Source of the DNA: Octopus sinensis
Taxonomy: Eukaryota
Length of the DNA stretch: 26,190 nucleotides
Assembly (NCBI RefSeq): GCF_006345805.1
Contig: NW_021835579.1
Coordinates: forward strand, 1 to 26,190
Direction: 5' to 3'
The number at the start of each line of letters is the position of its first letter. Positions within the stretch are counted from its first letter, which is position 1. The notes beneath the pieces were generated by a model that saw only the letters and a program-made list of their open reading frames with translations, was not told the origin of the DNA and did no database searches. A program made the translations under genes and the position numbers. This document shows, one piece after another, positions 9,206 through 19,766 of the stretch.

Positions 9206-9526
9206 AGTTTGTTTACCAACCACATGGTTCCGGGTTCAGTCCCACTGCGTGGCATTTTGGGCAAGTGTCTTCTACTATAGCCTCGGGCCGACCAAAGCCT
9301 TGTGAGTGGATTTGGTAGACGAAAACTGAAAGAAGCTCGTCTACGAGGCTCCAGCAGGGGGTGGTGGCAACCCCTGTTGTACTCTTTCGCCCCAAGTTTC
9401 TCTCACTCTCTCTTCCTGTTTCTTGAGTAACGCTGCGATGGACTGGCCTCCCGTCCAACTGGGGGGGGAGGGACACATACGCCATAGAAACCGAGCCCAT
9501 GAGCCTGGCTAGGCTTGAAAAAAGCG
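9206..9526 (+). mobile_element. Chimeric SINE: family B 5' half joined to a different 3' module
   Basis: B sequence runs to GAAAGAAGCTCGTC (~9341), then ACGAGGCTCCAGCAGGGG...TTTCTCTCACTCT...CATACGCCATAGAAACCG, shared with 23731-23810 and 14455-14520. Confidence 0.8.
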
Positions 9527-9562
9527 AGGAAAAAAATTGGTATGAAATAGCTAAGGTTCTTT

Positions 9563-10460
9563 CTCTAACATTTTAATTAGTCCAACCTATACAGGTTAAT
9601 GAGTGAAAGACAAAATAGGAATTTTGAAAGAAATTTCTATAAGATTAGTTTTGAAACATCAAATGGCTCTGGGGTCCACCAGAATGAAAAAGGGATCTTT
9701 TCCGTTTGGCTGCCAAAGTTTCAAAAATTAAAGTTTATACAAAAATTCCAAAATTTGGTATATTAATGTAGTTTTCCGAACTGAATCGCTGGAGTTATTT
9801 CACTTTCTCCAGAGAAAAAAAATTTATTTGTAAGTTATAGAAGTTTAAAGTTTGATTATTTTTACCCAGTCAGGAAACAGGATTTGGAAGCTGTCGTTTT
9901 GCGCGTGACAGCACATTTTGTCAACATCCTGAAAATAGCACGTGTTGTCAATATTTGTATTCTATAGGCAGAAAAGGAGTAAACAGCACGTCTTTCGTAG
10001 TTTTAAGGGTTCAATATACATTTAATGCGATCTCCATCATAGATGCGAAGGTACAGAAGCTTGTGGCCTTAATCAAACAGAAAGGTAAAATGTCCAGGTG
10101 GGTAAAACAGTAGAACACGGCGTCAACAAGTGGTTACAATATATTTGTCAACACGTGTTTTCTCGCCGACAAAAGAGTTCTCATGTTCGGCTTGTTACTA
10201 TGGAAACAGGTATGAATGTGTCTGTGGGTTACGATTGGTTAAAATTACCCAAAATTTTCAAACTTTAATAGCTAGTAACTCTGTTTATTGATTTATAGCG
10301 AAAATTATTTTCATGGCATTGATTAGCCTATAAAAGTGTATCATTACACTAAATATGAAATCAGTTCGAACAGAAATTGAACCTGGCAGCCAAACGGAAG
10401 AAGATCCAAAAATAGTAATCAAAGGGGGTCCACAAAAGCAAAGTAGTAAATTAAGGATCC
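9563..10460. mobile_element. hAT-like MITE fragment (9563-9692 + 10408-10460) interrupted by another MITE
   Basis: Aligns along its length to 10881-11042. Removing 9693-10407 rejoins GGGGTCCACCAGAA...AAAATAGTAATCAAAGGGG as in that copy. Confidence 0.7.
9693..10407. mobile_element. Non-autonomous DNA transposon (MITE), ~715 bp, 23-24-bp TIRs
   Basis: Left GGATCTTTTCCGTTTGGCTGCCA (9693-9715); right TGGCAGCCAAACGGAAGAAGATCC (10384-10407); no long ORF. No clear TSD (A-rich target). Confidence 0.82.
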
Positions 10461-10466
10461 ATAATA

Positions 10467-10870
10467 GGCGTAGGCTGTGTGGTAAGTAGCTTGCTTACGA
10501 ACCGCATGGTTCCGGGTTCAGCCCCACTGCGTGGAACCTTGGGCAAGTGTCTTCTACTATAGCCTCAGGCCAACAAAGCCTTGTGAGTGGATTTGGTAGA
10601 CGGAAACTGAAAGAAGCCCGTCGTATATGTGTATATATATATGTGTGTAAGTATATGTTTGTATCTCTGTGTTTGTCCCTCCCCTCCCCCCCAACATCGC
10701 TTGACAACCGATGCTGGTGTGTTTAGGTCCCCGTCACTTAGCGATTCGGCAAAAGAGACTGATAGAATAAGTACCAGCTTTACAAAGAATAAGTCCTGAG
10801 GTCGATTTGCTCGACTAAAGGCAGTGCTCCAGCATGGCCACAGTCAAATGACGGAAACAAGTAAAAGAGT
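10467..10870 (+). mobile_element. SINE family B, full length
   Basis: Head GGCGTAGGCTGTGTGGTAAG, B box GGGTTCAGCCCC, internal (TA/TG)n tract, tail GGCAGTGCTCCAGCATGGCC...GAAACAAGTAAAAGAGT. Confidence 0.9.
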
Positions 10871-10880
10871 TTGTTTTTAC

Positions 10881-11042
10881 CTCTAACGCTTTACATAGTT
10901 CAACTTAACACAAGTTAATCCGTGAAAAGCAAAATAAAAATTTCGAACAAAATATCTATAAAACTAGTGTTTAAACTATGGGAGTTCACCAGAAAAAAAT
11001 AGTAATTAAAAGGGGCCATATATTATAAAATGAGAACCCCTG
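10881..11042. mobile_element. hAT-like MITE right-end fragment
   Basis: Ends in ATGAGAACCCCTG, close to the hAT/Charlie-type TIR GTTGAGAACCCCTG; homologous to 9563-9692. Confidence 0.7.
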
Positions 11043-11328
11043 GTCTGAAGGTATAACATATACAAACGTTTAAAAGGTGTGATATAATTGGAGGAAGATT
11101 CGGCTGCTGTTTCTAATATGGAGAATGAACTACTCTACGAAGCCTGTCCCCTAATTTGAAAGGTGACTTCAGTAACAATGTTGTCAGTTTATTGTGATGT
11201 GGGGCTATTAAAAAAAAAGGAGGGAGTCTAGGGCTAAAAGGTTACCCCTATTGATGGCTAATCACAAAAGTGACCATTTAAAAAACCTTATCCGTCAGAA
11301 TCATTATTTGTATTTATGGTTCTCCATA

Positions 11329-11367
<39 letters not shown>

Positions 11368-11489
11368 ATGTGTGTGTGTGTGAGCGGGCGTGTGTGTTTG
11401 TGCGCATGTATGTGTGTGTGTATGTATTTCTGCATAAACTTATACGTGTCTTTGTATATCCATGCGAATGCCTTGACATATTTTTCATG

Positions 11490-11634
11490 GTGCGTGGCAC
11501 CTTGGGCAAGTGTCTTCTACTATAGACTCGAGTCGACCAAAGCCTTGTGGGAGGATTTGGTAGACGGAAACTGAAAGAAGCCCGTCGTATATATGTATAA
11601 TATATATATATATATAATATATATATATTGTTGT

Positions 11635-11665
<31 letters not shown>

Positions 11666-11814
11666 TGTGTGTTTATGTTTGTGTCTGTATTTGTCCCCCC
11701 GACATCGCTTGACAACCGATGCTGGTGACACCGTAACCTAGCGATTCGGCAAAAGAGACCGATAGAATAAGTACTAAGCTTACAAGTCTTGGGGTCGACT
11801 GAAACAAGTAAAAG
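11490..11814 (+). mobile_element. SINE family B, 5'-truncated, with a 3' internal deletion
   Basis: TGCGTGGCACCTTGGGCAAGTGTCTTCTACTATAG ... GGGGTCGA-CTGAAACAAGTAAAAG. Confidence 0.87.
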
Positions 11815-11900
11815 ATAATATATAATATGTGTGTGTGTTATATATATATATAGCCATATATATATAAATTTACATGTATGTGTATATGTATGCATTTATA

Positions 11901-11925
11901 GACAGACAGACAGACAGACAGATAC

Positions 11926-12002
<77 letters not shown>
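11901..12002 (+). repeat. (GACA)n(GATA)n microsatellite
   Basis: Directly visible. Confidence 0.95.
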
Positions 12003-12199
12003 CGACCGCATAAAACTACATACATACATACATACACAAATTATATACATACATATGTATACACATACACACAAAAATGTAAACATATACGAGAGAAAGC
12101 ACGGGAAAAACAAACAAACAAACAAACAAAGGAAAGAAGGAAGAGAGAAAGAGAGAGAGAGAAGCTGAGGTATCCCTAAGCTGTTGGCTCTCCGCAGCT

Positions 12200-12680
12200 A
12201 TTGACCTGTCCAAAGACGTTTCTTTAACACAACCTATGCGACAAGGTCAAGTGAAGTGACCCGTACCGAGAAGAGAATGTAAAGGAGTTTGAACTCGCTG
12301 AACGATGCATTCTTAGATAGTCTTTAGCAGATGACCTTTCGAGAGAAACGGCTTTTGACGATCCCAGATCATCAATTGTTGCTCTTTCCAGTAAACGCAG
12401 AGAGAGAGAGAGATAAAAATCCGTGGGGCAGCAGGTTTATAGTTCTCGTTTAACAGTTTAAGAGAAATTGTGAAAAACAGTTTTTACAGTCACACCATGA
12501 GATATTTTTTTTTATTCTTCTTCGTCGCCTGTTTTTTTGTTGTTTTTTTTTTGCAAAATAAAAAAAAAAAGATGGGGGGATAAAACAATGTTGAAACAGG
12601 TCCTGTCCAGTTGAGCTGGATAAAATTTCTCACATTGGTGTTCGTATTCGTGTGGGAGGGTGGTGGTTATCCTAGGTCAG
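12200..12680. promoter_or_regulatory. Unique non-coding block with clustered nuclear-receptor half-sites (putative enhancer)
   Basis: TGACCT 12202, CAAGGTCA 12242-12249, TGACCC 12257, TGAACT 12290, TGACCTTT 12332-12339, AGGTCA 12674. Confidence 0.3.
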
Positions 12681-12873
12681 TGTCCGAGGAGACATTTGGC
12701 CAAAGTATTGTATTGTTTTCGTATGTTCATGTGAAGTGAGTGCTTAAAATAAACACACACACACACACACACACACATAAATGTCATTATATGTGACTAA
12801 GGTGTTAGGAAACACCCACATTGCTAGGAATAAGAGCTAAACAGCTCTAACGCTGTAGTTAACGCACATGAAT

Positions 12874-13259
12874 GAAAACATACACGAACAGGGACCCCAA
12901 TCGCCCGAAAAAGTGCCGGTCGAGAATATTTAATACTGACGCATCAGTTTCGTCTATCTCCGTTGCCTCACCAGTTAAGATCGCTCGAATATTTGGCTCT
13001 TTCCGGATTCACTTCGCCATTAGTATTTATGCTTTCATCATCGAAACTACTTGGTGATTTAGCGATTCGCTGATGTGTATATATAAAATTAATATATAAT
13101 GCTGTAAACGAAAACATATACACTAACAAGGACCATAATCGTCTGAAAAATGCCCATCGAGAATTCTTAATACTGACGCGTCAGTAGCAAGAATGAGGCA
13201 AAGAAAATTGCCGAAACTGACGCACCAGTATTAAGAATACACGATCGGTACTTTTTGAG
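12874..13259. repeat. Three related copies: two direct (~75 bp, 236 bp apart) and one inverted (~50 bp); possible MITE remnant
   Basis: 12874-12948 and 13110-13185 are direct; 13210-13259 is inverted; shared core TTAATACTGACGC(A/G)TCAGT. Confidence 0.7.
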
Positions 13260-13264
13260 AGTAT

Positions 13265-13320
<56 letters not shown>

Positions 13321-13361
13321 GCGTGTGCGCGCAAGCATGTGTGCGTGGGAACGACAGATAT

Positions 13362-13593
13362 CTATTTCTTTACTACCCATGAGGGGCTAAACACAGAGGG
13401 GACAAAACAAGGACAGACAAACGGATTAAGTGGATTATATCGACCCCAGTGCGTAACTGGTACTTATTTAATGGACCCCGAAAGGATGAAAAGCGAAGTC
13501 GACCTCGGCAGAATTTGAACTCAGAACATAACGGCAGACGAAAAACCGCTAAGCATTTCGCCCGGCGTGCTAACGATTCTGCCAGCTCGCCGC
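13362..13593 (-). mobile_element. SINE family A, single full-length copy with 16-bp TSD
   Basis: TGGGAACGACAGATAT (13346-13361) and TGGGAACGACAAATAT (13594-13609). Confidence 0.93.
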
Positions 13594-14307
13594 TGGGAAC
13601 GACAAATATGTACTGGGGCATATGATCGGCTAAACCATTGAAGGTGGTGCTATAGCGTGGCCGTACTACAATGACTGAAACCAGTAAAAGAATGTACACT
13701 CACTCACATACATACATACATACATACATACATACACACACATGCATACACACATACACACATACATACATACATACACACACACGTACACACATACATA
13801 CATGCATACATACATACATGCATCCATGCATACATACATACATACATACATACATACATACACCCATATACGCACACACACACACACACACATATACACA
13901 CAAAGCTCACAGATGTGGGCAACATTAACTTAGGAAGAAGAGGGCATCCTCAAACCCACGAAATGTTTCGGCTCCTGACTCTTCCAGTGACCAAAAGAAC
14001 CTGAAGTGTCGCCTCTTTATTCCCATCAAATCCATCATTTTCACACTTCTTGTTTCGTCAACATTTACTGGACAAGAAAAAAAGAGTACAAATCTTCATC
14101 ATCACCTCCCACTTGAAGTCTGTCAAAAACGTTGAAGAGGATTTAAGCTTGAGAGGGAAGTCATGACTTTTAGTTTCGTCCACCATATTACTTTCTTCAC
14201 CATCTCCACTCACTCACATCAAAGGAATATGGAAGAGCAATTTTCTCAAGAGGACTCAAAACAGGGCCGATTCTAAAATTCACTTAAAAGCAGTAGCATG
14301 ACATGAC

Positions 14308-14540
14308 ATGCAGAGTGGTTAAGCTGTTTGACTCATGATAGTAAGATTGTGGTTTCGATTTCTGGAGCGGGCGACGCGTTGTGTCCTTGAGCAAAACACT
14401 TCATTTCACGTTGCTCAAGCCCATTCAGCTGGCAAAAATGAGTTATCCTTCGACAGACTGGCGTCCCGTATAGGTAAGGAACATACACGCCATGGAAACC
14501 GGGATCCCGGCCCTTATGAGTTAGCATGACTCGAGAACGT
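14308..14540 (+). mobile_element. SINE family C, diverged
   Basis: AGAGTGGTTAAG A box, GGTTTCGATTTC B box, TTGTGTCCTTGAGCAAAACACTTCATTTCACGTTGCTC domain, tail like 9440-9526. Confidence 0.78.
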
Positions 14541-14826
14541 AACTAACAAGTAGCAGGACATAATCCCATGTGATAATAGATCATAGACACTGAATGAGTA
14601 ACGAGAAGGACAATTTGTGAATTGCCTTGTCTTGTGTCTCGCGTTCCGTCCCACCCTGAGGTATGTTAGGCAGCTGTCTTTTACAATAACTGCGAGTCCA
14701 TCTTACCTTTGTAACTTAAAATAGATAAACGGTAACTGAATGGAAGCCCTTCAGATGAATTTTACCTGTAATTTAAAGCCCTTGCATTACCAAGTCCCCG
14801 TTAGTGGTGTGACTATGTCTGGGGAT

Positions 14827-15003
14827 CAGGGGTTCTCAACATTTTTAATATCCGGGTCAGATCCAGAACCTAGATTTATTCTAGGGGCCGCACCAAAGAA
14901 AGTAAAACATAAGTCAGTTAAAGAAAAAGTTATTACATTTATGAAAGGAAGACCGTCGAGGGTCGCCGGAAGTACGCTTGAAGGCCGTGGTTGAGAAAAG
15001 CTG
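14827..15003. mobile_element. hAT-like MITE, 177 bp
   Basis: CAGGGGTTCTCAAC at the left end and GTTGAGAAAAGCTG at the right end; no TSD retained. Confidence 0.6.
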
Positions 15004-15362
15004 TTGCAATATTTTAACAACTGCAAATCCTTCCCTGTTAAGCTAAGGTACCCTTGGAAATCCTTACTCTCCAAAATTATTGACGAGAATTCCTCTAGAA
15101 ACGTTACGACGCTTTCATTTGCCATCTGGTAATTAAATCATCTAATGGCGGAGATAATTGTAATTAACCAAGAAATTATGTTGTATGGTATTTAGTATAC
15201 CTCAGTTTTTCTATGTTATTCATATATACGTGGCACTGGCCAGTCTGAGTCATTTCTTTTTGCTTGTATTTTGTCTAATTTATTATACTAATTTAACAGC
15301 TAATTAGTCCGAAGAGCAACGCAGGATAAGCGTCTTGCTAAAGAATATGAAATACCTGTCAA

Positions 15363-15430
15363 CCAGTCCACGAATCGAACACAGGATCTTATGATTGTGA
15401 GCACAACAACCTAACCATTAAGACACAGGC
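15363..15430 (-). mobile_element. Isolated, diverged SINE family C head
   Basis: Similar to 7630-7698 (GTGCTCACAATC...GTGTTCGATTCG). Confidence 0.65.
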
Positions 15431-15474
15431 TAGTCTGCATTTAATACATACACTAGGCCTTCATAAACAGCCCT

Positions 15475-15842
15475 GCTTAGCAGCATACCATCCGTCTTTA
15501 CGTTCTGAGCTCAAATTCCGTCAAGGTCGACTTTGTCTTTCATCCTTTCAGGGTCGATAAAATATATACCTATTTCTTTATTACCCACAAGGGGCTAAAC
15601 ACAGAGGGGACAAACAAGGACAGACATAGGTATTAAGTCGATTACATCGACCCCAGTGCGTAACTGGTACTTAATTTATCGACCCCGAAAGGATGAAAGG
15701 CAAAGTCAACCTCGGCGGAATTTGAACTCACAACGTAACGCAGACGAAATACCGCTAAGCATTTCGCCCGGCGTGCTAACGTTTCTGCCAGCTCGCCGAT
15801 AAAATATATACCAGTTCAGCACAGGGATCGATGTAATCGAAT
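15475..15842 (+). mobile_element. Older family-A-related SINE fragment interrupted by a younger antisense copy
   Basis: TACGTTCTGAGCTCAAATTCC...GTCGACTTTGTCTTTCATCCTTTCAGGGTCGATAAAATATATA, resuming CCAGTT...GATCGATGTAATCGA after the insert. Confidence 0.8.
15570..15797 (-). mobile_element. SINE family A, full length, nested in an older SINE, 14-bp TSD
   Basis: TSD GATAAAATATATAC at 15556-15569 and 15798-15811. Confidence 0.93.
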
Positions 15843-16006
15843 TTGTTGGCCTTATGCCAGATTTTGACATTTACCATTGATTGGTCAATATCTAAATGCA
15901 ACGAGTATGAGGCTTTTGTAAAATGCAACGGCTCTACTAGCTACGAAGGCCTTGCTCTCGCCTTCCTTTGAGCATCACACTCGGCCTTAAACTAACGACC
16001 ATTAAC

Positions 16007-16421
16007 CTATTTCTTAACTACCCACAAGGGGCTAAACACAGAGGGGACAAACAAGGACAGACAAACGGATTAAGGCGATTATATCGACCCCCAATGCGTA
16101 ACTGGTACTTATTTAATGGACCCCGAAAGGATGAAAAGCAAAGTCGACCTCGGCGGAATTTGAACGTAGAACGTAGCGGCAGAGGAAATACCTATTTCTT
16201 TACTACCCACAAGGGGCTAAACACAGAGGGGACAAACAAGGACAGACAAACGGATTAAGTCGATTATATCGACCCCCAGTGCGTAACTGGTACTTATTTA
16301 ATGGACCCCGAAAGGATGAAAAGCAAAGTCGACCTCGGCGGAATTTGAACTCAGAATGTAACGGCAGACGAAATACGGCTACGCATTTCGCCCGGCGTGC
16401 TAACGTTTCTGCCAGCTCGCC
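16007..16421 (-). mobile_element. SINE family A dimer (one head, two bodies), 12-bp TSD
   Basis: Units 16007-16191 and 16192-16376; TSD ACGACCATTAAC at 15995-16006 and 16422-16433. Confidence 0.93.
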
Positions 16422-16681
16422 ACGACCATTAACCGATAGATACCTAAACACAACGATGTGTGGCGCTTAAGTCAAAATACAATGGGATACACGGCTTGTC
16501 TTCGCTAATCTACTTCGACCGGCCATATTGCTTTTATAGTTAATTAATAGAAACCAAGAGCATTTAACAATAAATAAATTAGATTCTGAGAGGTTTCTCT
16601 CCTTTTTATATATATTTAATAAAGTGTTTGCTGCTTATAATAGAGTAACTTTTAAGAAGGAGCCTTTAATATTGAAAAAAA

Positions 16682-16687
<6 letters not shown>

Positions 16688-16749
<62 letters not shown>

Positions 16750-16762
16750 TAATAATAATAAA
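16688..16762 (+). repeat. (AAT)n microsatellite
   Basis: Directly visible. Confidence 0.96.
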
Positions 16763-17392
16763 TGAATGAACGAAACAAGGTCAGGCTCTCAAATTATTCC
16801 CCTTAAGTCGTCGGCTAGATAACAGCAGCAATGAAGGGGCAAATAAAATATATCCTACATCTTTTTGATAGGTATGAAATGACAAAAAAAAAAAAATTAA
16901 AATAAAAGGAAATAATAAAAAAAAAAGAGGAAAAGGAAAAAAAAAGGAATAAAGAGAGAAAGAAAGAAAGAGGGAAAAAAGAGAAATAGGAGGAAATACT
17001 TTAACTGCGACGCCGTCCTCCGTCTTATGTTAACATTATTACATAGACATCAATCTTGAGTGTGTGTGTGTATGTGTGTGTGTGTGTGGTATACATATAT
17101 ATACATACATACACTTATAATCTATATGTACATGGTTATAAATAATATACATATATATAAACACACACACACATGCATACACATATATATCTATATGTAC
17201 ATGGCTATACAAATATACATATATATAATATATATATATATATACATATACACACACATATATATGCATGTATATACATGTATATAAACACACAGACAGA
17301 CAAACGGATATGTATATACATCTATATACAGATGTGTATGTGCGTACACGCCTCTATGAATATATATGTGTATATGCGTATATGTATATATA

Positions 17393-17476
<84 letters not shown>

Positions 17477-17838
17477 ATGCACGCTGTGGTGGTAGCGGTG
17501 AGAATTAATACTCCCATCTCCTCTCCCCACGCCTTTCTTCTCTTTTTTTATTTCTCTTTAAGTTGAAGATGTCTTAGTTTAAGCCAAGTACATACATCAC
17601 TGTGGGCTGCTTTCACAAGAGGTTCAAACTAGACACCCCCTGAATGAGATTATTTAATTAAACAGGTTATAAAATATGTGTGTCACTCATGCACACAATA
17701 TTTCAACGATGATGGCTCGCTAAGGCCGACGTCACTCACAATCCGGTACATCTTGGGAGGAGAACAGTTTCTCAATATATATATATATATATAATATATA
17801 TATATATATTATAAATTTATATATATATATATATATAT

Positions 17839-18150
17839 TCTTTTACTCTTTTACTCTTTTACTTGTTTCAGTCATTTGACGGCGGCCATGCTGGAGCACC
17901 GCCTTTAGTCGAGCAAATCGACCCAGGACTTATTCTTTGTAAGCCTAGTTCTTATTCTATCGGTCTCTTTTGCCGGGGACGTAAACACGCCAGCATCGGT
18001 TATCAAGCGATGTTGGGGAGGGGACAAGCACAGACACACAAACATATACACACACAGACATACATATATATACATACATATATACGACGGGCTTCTCTCA
18101 GTTTCCGTCTACCAAATCCACTCACAAGGCTTTAGTCGATCCGAGGCTAT
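17839..18150 (-). mobile_element. SINE family B, 5'-truncated
   Basis: Plus strand CTTTTACTCTTTTACTTGTTTCAGTCATTTGACGGCGGCCATGCTGGAGCACCGCC... is the reverse of the B tail. Confidence 0.88.
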
Positions 18151-18197
18151 GGTAACACAAGTAACTGTGAGATATTATTAGAACAATAAAAAAAGTC

Positions 18198-18426
18198 TCT
18201 CTTTTACTCTTTTACTTGTTTCAGTCATTTGACTGCGGCCATGCTGGAGCACCACCTTTAGTCGAGCAAATCTACCCCAGAGCTTATTCTTTGTAAGCCT
18301 AGTACTTATTCAATCGTTCTCTTTTACCGAACCGCTAAGTTACGGAGACGTAAACACACCAGCATCGGTTGTCAAACGATGTTGGGGGAACAACCACAGA
18401 CACACAAACATAAACACACACACACA

Positions 18427-18469
<43 letters not shown>

Positions 18470-18563
18470 CATGGCCACAGCTCATAAGCTGAAACTAGAA
18501 TCAATCAATCAATCAATATATATATATATGACGGCCTCCTTTCAGTTTCCGTCTACCAAATCC
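18198..18563 (-). mobile_element. SINE family B, 5'-truncated, with a sense-oriented 50-bp tail fragment (18468-18517) inside its (TA)n tract
   Basis: Same B tail. Insert is AGCATGGCCACAGCTCATAAGCTGAAACTAGAATCAATCAATCAATCAAT. Confidence 0.85.
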
Positions 18564-19766
18564 ATCAAAATTTCGGGCCATGTGCCTAGAGTAGAATAGA
18601 ATATATATCCACTACATGCCTCTTACTTATCTATCTTTTCTTTCACTAGAATGTATCTTTATCTGATGCACAATTTTGGATCTGCTAGCATACGTTTTCC
18701 TTTTCCCCTCAATATGGAGCGCTGCATAACAATTCTTTCCCATCTTTCACTATGCTGTACCCCTTAACCATTCTTTCTGGTCATGGATTTACCTAAAGAA
18801 GAGCAGATCTAACTGGATTTAATCGGACCTGCCTACCTGGACATAATGAACCAAAATACATAGCATTGACAAGGAACTTTCTTTCACTATCTAACCTATA
18901 TTTCTCCGATGTCGGTGTCCCCAACTTATAGACTTTGCTCGATACGATACTCCAATAGCAGGGACATCCAAGAAACAGCTGTCAGAAACAGCAGTCTTAA
19001 TCATTTTGTACTATTTTTACTATTTTTACCTTTCGTTATGTAACTAAAATTTAGATAGAATTAAATGTCCTTGTCCTACCTTGACTAATTGTTTGCCTTT
19101 CATCACGCTACTTTAACCTACACCTACTGACTCAAGCCCGCTCCTTGAATTTCTCAGGTCCTTTCTTTGATCTCCCAACCCACTCTTTGGATTTTCGAGA
19201 CTCTCCTTTAATTTTCCGGTCACCATTTCGAATCTCGGGGCTCCTCCTTGGACCTACGAGCCACTCCTTGAACCTTCAGGCCCCTTTATGCATTTCCCAG
19301 CCCCTTCTACTAACACCCTCGCTGAATCTCTGTGCTCCTCTTTAAATCTGCTTCCTTCTTGGATGTTCCAGGTCCTGAACCGACGAATCAGTTAAACCCC
19401 AATTTTCTATAGGCCCTACCCAGATACACATAAACCATCGCTGCGCTTTATCCTTTCCTCTCTCTCTCTCTCTCTCTCTATTAGGCCTTTTCTACAATCG
19501 GCGGCTTCCAGCATCTCAAAGCAAAACATTAATGGCATCCAACTCACTGATGCTGAAGGGCCAGTGAAGTTCACATGCACTGCTCCCTCCTTTCAGACCC
19601 AATTGAAATAAAATAAAATAAAATAAAATAAAAGGTCAGCGTGACATAACAGTCTCTGACAATGGTGGTTCATTGAATTACAGGTGCAGTCCATCTGACG
19701 AGATGGTACCCAGTTTGTGTCTACCCCTTGTCACTCCCAAAGCTTTGATCTTTTGGTCTACTACAG

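Noticed and set aside
4900-14665. Isolated strong donor-like motifs (CAG|GTGAGT at 4917; AAG|GTAACC at ~8396; GAG|GTATGC at ~8516; GAG|GTATGT at 14660)
   Set aside because: No matching acceptors with open frames were found; such motifs arise by chance in 26 kb.
17520-17610. Strong plus-strand acceptor-like pyrimidine tract (..TTTAAG| at ~17561)
   Set aside because: Stops occur in all three frames within 20 nt; a non-coding exon cannot be supported from sequence alone.
18660-18960. Possible decayed LINE coding remnant (minus frame ...KYRLDSERKFLVNAMY...)
   Set aside because: The resemblance to CR1-type C-terminal motifs is too short and is broken by stops.
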